Shown here in pieces: positions 47,362 through 53,558 of a DNA stretch of 53,558 nt. The notes beneath the pieces were generated by a model. That model saw nothing but the letters and a program-made list of their open reading frames with translations, was not told the DNA's origin and did not search any database. The DNA comes from Promethearchaeota archaeon (GTDB lineage: Archaea > Asgardarchaeota > Lokiarchaeia > Sigyniarchaeales > SOKP01). Position numbers and translations under genes: made by a program. Where the stretch lies: NCBI GenBank assembly GCA_013375475.1, contig JABXKD010000014.1:1-53558 (forward strand). Direction: 5' to 3'. How positions within the stretch are numbered: the stretch's first letter is position 1; every line of letters starts with the position of its first letter.

Positions 47362-49761
47362 TTATAATTCGTTTAACTTTGCTTTTTTTTTCTCCTTTCC
47401 TTTCTTTGTTATTGATGATTTCGTGAATTCTCCTGGTTTAATTGGACCTAATTTTACTAGTTCAGATTTAAAATCTGATATTACTTGGGCAAATTTTTCA
47501 CCCTCACCTGCTGAAATACTTTCGATTTTAATGCGATTCATTTTTATTCCAGCCTCACCGAGTAATTCTTTAATGCTTTCAAATCGATTGGCTGCTTTCG
47601 TGAATCCTGTGTCGTAGTGACAATCTTGAGGGTGACATCCCGCAATTAGCACTCCATCTGCGCCATTAAAGAAAGCTTCAAATACTAAAGAGGGATTTAA
47701 CATAGCAGTACACATAACGTGTATAGATCTAACATTGCTAGGGTAATTTAACTTACTTGTACCAGCAAGATCCGCACCTATATAAGAGCACCAATTACAT
47801 AGGAACGAAACTATTAAGGGATATTCACTTTTTTGCTTCAAAATTGTTTTTATCTGAGCATTTATTTGTTTTTTAGTAAATCCGGGAATTGAAAGTGCAT
47901 CTGAATGGCACATCGCCGCGCATGCGCCACAACCAGTACAGTTAGCTTGAATAACGTTTAATTTATCGTTTTTTATTTCCAAAGCGTTGTAGTCACATAT
48001 ATTTTCACATAATCTGCACATGTCACACTCCGCGGGATTAAAATAAACGACATGGGGGTCTAATTCAACAAATTCTTTTGACATTAAAGCAATTGCTTTA
48101 GCAGCAGCGCTTTCTGCATGGGCGATACTATTAGGAATATCTTTAGGTCCTTGGATAACTCCTGCTAGAAATACGCCGCTCACGGATGTTTCAGATGGTT
48201 TAATTTTCAGGTGTTTTTCAAGTAGAAAACCGTAAGGACCTTGGGAGATGTTTAGTAACTGACTAAGTTCTTCTGTACCTTCAGCAGGTTCAATTCCTAT
48301 GGCTAAAACTGCGATATCTGCTCTGTTCTCAAAAATTCGGTCGTCAATAACGTCTTCACCTCTTATTAACAACTCTCCTGTTTGAGATAAGTCGTCCTTT
48401 AAAATCGCAGATATATTACTTTTGATAAATCTTATACCAAAAGTTTCTTGAGCTCTGTTATAAAATTCTTCGCAATTTTTCCCCATAGCGCGTATATCGT
48501 TATAATAGATGTTGATATTTATTTCAGGATATTCTTTTTTTAACAAAACTGCTTGCTTGATTGATACATTACAACACACTTGACTACAATAATCGTGGTG
48601 AATTGCTTTATTCCTCGATCCAACACACAACACAAAAGACACGCTTTTAGGTATCTTCCCATTAGACGGTCTTACCACTTTTCCGTGGGTAGGTCCATCA
48701 TTATTTAGCAATCTTTCCATCTGCATGGTTGTAATTACGTCTGTGTATCGCTGGTAATTAAACTCACCTAATAAACTAGGATCAAAGGTTTTTAAGCCGG
48801 TTGCAGCTATGATCGTGCCCACATTGAATTCAATCGTTTCAACTTTTTGCTCAAAATCAATAGCGTCTCGGTCACACGCTTGAGCGCAAGCTTTACATCC
48901 AATACAGTATTCTTCTAAAATATTTGGGTAAAGAGGTATAGCTTGAGGATAAACTACATCTATTGCTTTACGTGGAAAAAAAGTATCCTCGACATCAATT
49001 GGACAAACATCTCGACATAGATTAAAGCAACCTACACAGGTTTCTTCGTTTACGTAACGAGGATTCTTTTTAACTTTTATATTAAAGTTTCCAACATAGC
49101 CATCTACGCTTTCGAGTTCGCTATATGTAAGCAGTTCAATATTCGGATGATCTTTAATTTCTAACATTAACGGTCCGAGTATGCAGATGGAACAGTCTAA
49201 CGTAGGAAAAGTTTTATCGAAAAGAGCCATTTGTCCTCCAATTGTTAAATCTCTTTCCACCAAATAGACCTTGTACCCCGCATCAGCAATAACTAACGAG
49301 GCTTTAATCCCCGCAATTCCACCACCAATAATTAATGTCGCGGGATTTACTTTAGCACGTTGAACTTCTAAAGGCTCGAGGAGCTTAACATATTCAATTG
49401 CCATATTAATTTGATCTATTGCCTTTATCGTAGCTCTTTCAGGTTCGTTATCGTGAACCCACGAATTTTGTTCTCGAATATTCGCAAAAGAAATAAGAAA
49501 TCTGTTAATGCCCGCTTTTTCGATGGTTTTTCTAAATAAAAAACCATGTAACTTAAATGAACAAGCAGCAATAACCACGCGATCTATCTTATTTTCTTTA
49601 ATCTCGTCAGTAATTTTGTTTAAACCTAATTCGGCGCATAGGTATTGATCTCCTATGACATGAACATCCGGATAATCGCGGTAATATTCTATTAATTTAT
49701 TGTTATCAATAACCCCGCTTATATTTTTGCCACAATCACAAATAAACAAGCCAATTTTCAA
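47362..49761 (-). CDS. hdrA: Heterodisulfide reductase subunit A fused to MvhD
   Basis: ICDCG.NI, ANIREQ.SWVH, GGGIAG, DKTFPTLDCSICIL, CSQVCC, ferredoxin motifs; C-terminal LCNWCSY..AD.AG, GCHPQDCHY; TTG start after GAGGT. Confidence 0.95.
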   Translation of the reverse strand: MKIGLFICDCGKNISGVIDNNKLIEYYRDYPDVHVIGDQYLCAELGLNKITDEIKENKIDRVVIAACSFKLHGFLFRKTIEKAGINRFLISFANIREQNSWVHDNEPERATIKAIDQINMAIEYVKLLEPLEVQRAKVNPATLIIGGGIAGIKASLVIADAGYKVYLVERDLTIGGQMALFDKTFPTLDCSICILGPLMLEIKDHPNIELLTYSELESVDGYVGNFNIKVKKNPRYVNEETCVGCFNLCRDVCPIDVEDTFFPRKAIDVVYPQAIPLYPNILEEYCIGCKACAQACDRDAIDFEQKVETIEFNVGTIIAATGLKTFDPSLLGEFNYQRYTDVITTMQMERLLNNDGPTHGKVVRPSNGKIPKSVSFVLCVGSRNKAIHHDYCSQVCCNVSIKQAVLLKKEYPEININIYYNDIRAMGKNCEEFYNRAQETFGIRFIKSNISAILKDDLSQTGELLIRGEDVIDDRIFENRADIAVLAIGIEPAEGTEELSQLLNISQGPYGFLLEKHLKIKPSETSVSGVFLAGVIQGPKDIPNSIAHAESAAAKAIALMSKEFVELDPHVVYFNPAECDMCRLCENICDYNALEIKNDKLNVIQANCTGCGACAAMCHSDALSIPGFTKKQINAQIKTILKQKSEYPLIVSFLCNWCSYIGADLAGTSKLNYPSNVRSIHVMCTAMLNPSLVFEAFFNGADGVLIAGCHPQDCHYDTGFTKAANRFESIKELLGEAGIKMNRIKIESISAGEGEKFAQVISDFKSELVKLGPIKPGEFTKSSITKKGKEKKKAKLNEL

Positions 49762-50024
49762 TTTAAAACCTCTAAACAATGTTGACTTTTCGCAGATCTA
49801 TGAATAATATATGACCTTGCCTATATTAATTGTTCTTAATATCGGATTACAATTAATTTTAACCATTGATAAGAATAAAGATTTTGTGTCAATTACTTGT
49901 TTAGCATATCTTTTATTAAGAAATGACCCTTCCTAAAAAATATGATTAACAAATCATAACATTTGTTGGAATAGTAAATATAAAGTCTGGAAAGTTTGAA
50001 ATTTTCCAACCAAAAATTTTGAAA

Positions 50025-52202
50025 TTATGATTTTTTTAACCTTTTACTTACAAGGATTACAGCAACCGAAAGAATGGAAAACAAAAAGAATAGATTATAT
50101 CCTGGAATTATAGGAATGTCGCTTTGACCATAAGTACAAGTACCATTATCACTAAAAGAATTTCCTTGACAATTATCTTCTATTATACACTCCCCATTTC
50201 CGATTAATGTATTTCCCGAAATAAGGTTTTTATTACTATCGTACAAAGCAATTCCATAATAGAAATTGTGATTTGCAGTGTTTCCCAATATATCATTATT
50301 ATTACTGTTTCCTAAAGATATGCCCCTATCATTATTGTAATTTGCATTGTTTCCCGAAAGGGTGTTATAATCGCTCCTATATAATTGTATCCCATTAAGA
50401 GTATTTTGGTTTGCGGTGTTCCCCGAAATCGTGTTGGTATTACTATATCTTAAATCTATTCCACGATAGTTATAATTTGCGGTGTTTCCCGAAATCGAGT
50501 TATTGTTGCTATAAATCAAATATATCCCTACCCAAATATTATGACTTAAGGCGTTTCCTGATATATTGTTATTATTACAATAATATAATGAGATTCCTAT
50601 GGTGCTGTAAGATGTTATTAGGTTTGATATTACTGAATCATTACAATTTACTAAGATCACTTGCCCAGCATTCGTAAAATTGCTTGAGCCCAAATCAACT
50701 TCATTTGCATAATAGTAAAAAGGTTTTCCATTTACGAGATTTGTAGTATCGATATGATGGGAACATAAAAGTTCGTATGAACCTGATAATCCTACCCCAC
50801 ATTCACTCATACTATTTCCCGAGAGTGTGTTAGCATAACTTTCCCCTAAATATATCCCCTCCCAAGAATTATAATTTGCGGTATTTCCTAAAAGATTGTT
50901 ACTATTACTGTCTTCTAAATGTATCCCATAATAGTTGTTATTTACGGTATTTTCCGAAAGAGTGTTAATATTACTTTTTTCAAAATATATCCCATAAAAG
51001 TTGTTATTTGCAGCGTTTCCCCAAAGAGTGTTATTATAACTGTCTTCTAAATATATCCCATACCAGTTTTCATTTGCTGCGTTTCCCGAAATATTGTTAG
51101 TAATACTATAAAACAAATATATTCCCACCCAATTATTATCATTTACAGTGTTTTCTGATATATTGTTATTATTGCAATAGTATAATGAAATTCCGTTATT
51201 ACTATAAGATGTATTTAAGTTTGATATTACTGAATCACTACAATTTACTAAGATCACTTGTCCAGCATTCGTAAAATTGCTTGAGTCCAAATCAACTTCA
51301 TTTGTATAATAATATAAAGGTTTTCCATTTACGAGGTTGGTAATATCTATATCATGGGAATGTAGATCTTCAAAAGATCCTGATAATCTTAACCCACATT
51401 CATTCATGCTATTTCCAGAAAGGGTGTTAGCATTACTATCTCTCAAATATATTCCATCGCCAAATTTACAGAGTACGGTGTTTTCCGAAAGAGTGTTAGT
51501 ATTACAATATCTTAAAATTATCCCATCCCCGTTGTCATTAACATTGTTTCCCGATATATTGTTATTATTACTATTCTTTAAACATATCCCTGCCTCAAAA
51601 TTTTCATTTGCAGTATTTCCCGAGAGACTGTTATTATTACTATTCTGTAAACATATCCCTGCCCCAAAATTTTCATTTGCAGTATTTCCCGAGAGACTGT
51701 TATTATTACTGTTCTGTAAATATATCCCATTTATAGAGTTATTTGAAAAAGTATTGTTCAATAAAGTACCATTATTTACGTTTTCCAACTTAATTCCCGC
51801 ATCTTGATAATCACCACCTTTATTTAACACTGTGACATTTTGAATTATAAAGTATTTGGTTTGGGAATTTTTTACGTGAATTCCACTTCCCACAGGAGCA
51901 CCAAAGCCCCCAATTGTAATGTTTTCAATAATGTAAGGATTGCTCCACGATCCGTCACCCTTACACCAATCATTTTCGCTTACCATTTTGCTCCAATCAT
52001 AATTAGGATTGGAATCATCAATAAAGATCGGAGCTCCTGTAAGATCCCAATATTCCGCTCCTTTTAAATCTGACTCGATGTCAACATCCAAATTTTCTTT
52101 ATTATATGCTCCAAAATGGCAAAAATTTACCGCAATATGTATGGGAAAGGCAAATATTAGTATAAGTAAAATTAACGCTATTGTTTTTGTATTTGATTTC
52201 AT
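50025..52202 (-). CDS. Secreted right-handed beta-helix (NosD/CASH) protein with IPGY sorting tail
   Basis: Signal-like N-terminus from the ATG at 52202, G.G...PYIIEN, many GIYL..S.NN.I.GN repeats, IPGY + TM + KRLKK. Confidence 0.88.
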   Translation of the reverse strand: MKSNTKTIALILLILIFAFPIHIAVNFCHFGAYNKENLDVDIESDLKGAEYWDLTGAPIFIDDSNPNYDWSKMVSENDWCKGDGSWSNPYIIENITIGGFGAPVGSGIHVKNSQTKYFIIQNVTVLNKGGDYQDAGIKLENVNNGTLLNNTFSNNSINGIYLQNSNNNSLSGNTANENFGAGICLQNSNNNSLSGNTANENFEAGICLKNSNNNNISGNNVNDNGDGIILRYCNTNTLSENTVLCKFGDGIYLRDSNANTLSGNSMNECGLRLSGSFEDLHSHDIDITNLVNGKPLYYYTNEVDLDSSNFTNAGQVILVNCSDSVISNLNTSYSNNGISLYYCNNNNISENTVNDNNWVGIYLFYSITNNISGNAANENWYGIYLEDSYNNTLWGNAANNNFYGIYFEKSNINTLSENTVNNNYYGIHLEDSNSNNLLGNTANYNSWEGIYLGESYANTLSGNSMSECGVGLSGSYELLCSHHIDTTNLVNGKPFYYYANEVDLGSSNFTNAGQVILVNCNDSVISNLITSYSTIGISLYYCNNNNISGNALSHNIWVGIYLIYSNNNSISGNTANYNYRGIDLRYSNTNTISGNTANQNTLNGIQLYRSDYNTLSGNNANYNNDRGISLGNSNNNDILGNTANHNFYYGIALYDSNKNLISGNTLIGNGECIIEDNCQGNSFSDNGTCTYGQSDIPIIPGYNLFFLFSILSVAVILVSKRLKKS
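50509..51454. repeat. Internal duplication of ~350 bp at 597-bp spacing inside the beta-helix gene
   Basis: CAATTTACTAAGATCACTTG at 50644 and 51241; TNLVNGKP.YYY.NEVDL.SSNFTNAGQVILVNC occurs twice. Confidence 0.9.
51560..51728. repeat. Near-identical 69-bp tandem repeat (~2.4 copies) inside the beta-helix gene
   Basis: CAAAATTTTCATTTGCAGTATTTCCCGAGAGACTGTTATTATTACT at 51596 and 51665. Confidence 0.9.
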
Positions 52203-52487
52203 TTTATCGTTGAAAAAAAATGTTGTTCTGAATATTCGGTCGCATCTATAATATAGTTTTTTGTTCATTTAAAGTTGATGATAGCTGTTGTTAATAATAA
52301 GGGAACTGGAGAATCTAATCATCTAACATGTCTTTAGATAAAAAATAATCCTAATTCCTCCAAATTTTTCCTTAAAAGTTATTTTATGCTTTTAAGGTAA
52401 TCAAAGGGAAGAATGTTATTGAACCCATAGATATACAGAATTTCTAATTTGCTAAAATTGATTAATTAAAAACTATTTAACTCCTTA

Positions 52488-53558
52488 ATGGAACATCTTA
52501 ACTATATCCCTGAATGGGCAAAGACCGCGATCGTATATCATATATATCCTTTAGGTTTTTTTAATGCTCCTAAATATGGTCAAGAAGAGAGTGGTACGAC
52601 TAATCGATTATTGGAAATTAGAAATTTTTATGATCATTTCACAAAATTAGGAGTCAATGTGATTCAATTTGGACCCTTATTTGAATCTGTATCTCATGGA
52701 TATGATACGATAGATTATATGAAAATAGACCATCGTTTAGGAACTAATGATTTGTTCAAACAAATTACTACTGAGCTTCACAATATGAATATTAGAGTTA
52801 TAATTGATGGAGTGTTTAATCATGTTAGTAGGGAATTTGAGTCCTTTAAAGATATTCAGATTCATAAGGATGAATCCTGGCGCCGACATTGGCATTTTAT
52901 TGACTTTTCAAAAGATAATCCTTACAAGGATGGTTTGGATTATCAAAATTGGGAAGGGCATTATGAACTTGTAAAATTAAACCTAAATGAAAAAGATGTA
53001 AGGGATTATCTTTTTTCAGTAAGCAATTATTGGTTAAAAGAAATCGGAATAGATGGTTGGCGTTTAGATGTAGCATATCTTATTGGTACCAATTTCTGGC
53101 GAGAATTCAGGCAAGCATGTAAAAGAACTAAACCCGATTGCATTTTAATCGGAGAAATGATTCATGGTCCTTACGACAAATGGATTGGTCCAGATTTATT
53201 AGATGCGGGGACGGGATACCAAGTTTATAAATCAATTTGGAGCGCAATTAATTCCAATAATATGTACGAGCTTAAATCTATTTTAGAGAGGTCCTTTCAT
53301 CAAGAATGGGGATTATTTAAGAATATTACTTTATTAAATTTTCTAGGAAATCACGATTCTACGAGGATTCGTTCTATTTTAGAAGATGATAGGTATATCT
53401 TACCTGCATTTTTATTCCTTCTTACCACTAATGGTATTCCTAAAATATATTATGGGGACGAAATTGGCCTCAAAGGAGTTAAAACAGAGCAATCTGATGA
53501 AGAAGTAAGGAAACCGATGCCAAAATCATCTGATGAATGGCCTTCAATGGGTATTGAT
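52488..53558 (+). CDS. GH13 alpha-amylase family enzyme (cyclomaltodextrinase/neopullulanase-like); 3'-truncated, not in the ORF track
   Basis: Translated by hand from the ATG at 52488: WAKTAIVYHIYPLGF, HGYDTIDY, DGVFNH, DGWRLDVA, GEMIHG, FLGNHD, IYYGDE. Confidence 0.9.
   Translation, partial: MEHLNYIPEWAKTAIVYHIYPLGFFNAPKYGQEESGTTNRLLEIRNFYDHFTKLGVNVIQFGPLFESVSHGYDTIDYMKIDHRLGTNDLFKQITTELHNMNIRVIIDGVFNHVSREFESFKDIQIHKDESWRRHWHFIDFSKDNPYKDGLDYQNWEGHYELVKLNLNEKDVRDYLFSVSNYWLKEIGIDGWRLDVAYLIGTNFWREFRQACKRTKPDCILIGEMIHGPYDKWIGPDLLDAGTGYQVYKSIWSAINSNNMYELKSILERSFHQEWGLFKNITLLNFLGNHDSTRIRSILEDDRYILPAFLFLLTTNGIPKIYYGDEIGLKGVKTEQSDEEVRKPMPKSSDEWPSMGID

Noticed and set aside
50509-51454. DGR template/variable repeat pair
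   Set aside because: Both copies are in frame within one gene, differences are not confined to adenines, and no reverse transcriptase is present
51560-51728. CRISPR-like repeat
   Set aside because: Units are contiguous, in frame and coding, with no unique spacers and no cas genes

Overview
AT-rich archaeal chromosomal window with about 42 CDS. Gene content points strongly to an Asgard archaeon (Lokiarchaeia-like): a gelsolin-domain protein, PGF/PGY-type C-terminal sorting tails, many zinc-ribbon fusions, Orc1/Cdc6, an HdrA-MvhD fusion, GGTGA/GAGGT SD motifs and oligo-T terminators. I saw no rRNA, tRNA, CRISPR array or transposase. Left part: fatty-acid activation genes (wHTH-fused FATP-type acyl-CoA synthetase, thiolase, FabK/NMO flavoprotein) beside a two-TM repeat protein resembling the helical insert of amoebozoan CD36/LIMP-II proteins. 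Then a glycyl radical enzyme, a tandem TrxR pair (one copy lacks CxxC and the NADPH motifs), a Xer recombinase with cdc6, and a 3-beta-HSD-like SDR converging on a steroid 5-alpha-reductase. Middle: housekeeping genes (tldD/E, purA, Pit, tpl, hypB) and a cytosolic GIFT/IFT52-like protein. At 33.9-43.8 kb is a dense block of eukaryote-like proteins: two tandem vWA + PHD/RING-like finger paralogs (TFIIH p44/p34-like layout), a TrmB-coiled-coil protein, PssA, two LURP-one/scramblase-fold proteins, a gelsolin-X protein and a Zn-ribbon-HEAT protein. Right end: class I aldolase, DUF711, HdrA-MvhD, a beta-helix surface protein and a truncated GH13 enzyme. All family calls come from motif recognition by eye; no searches were run.
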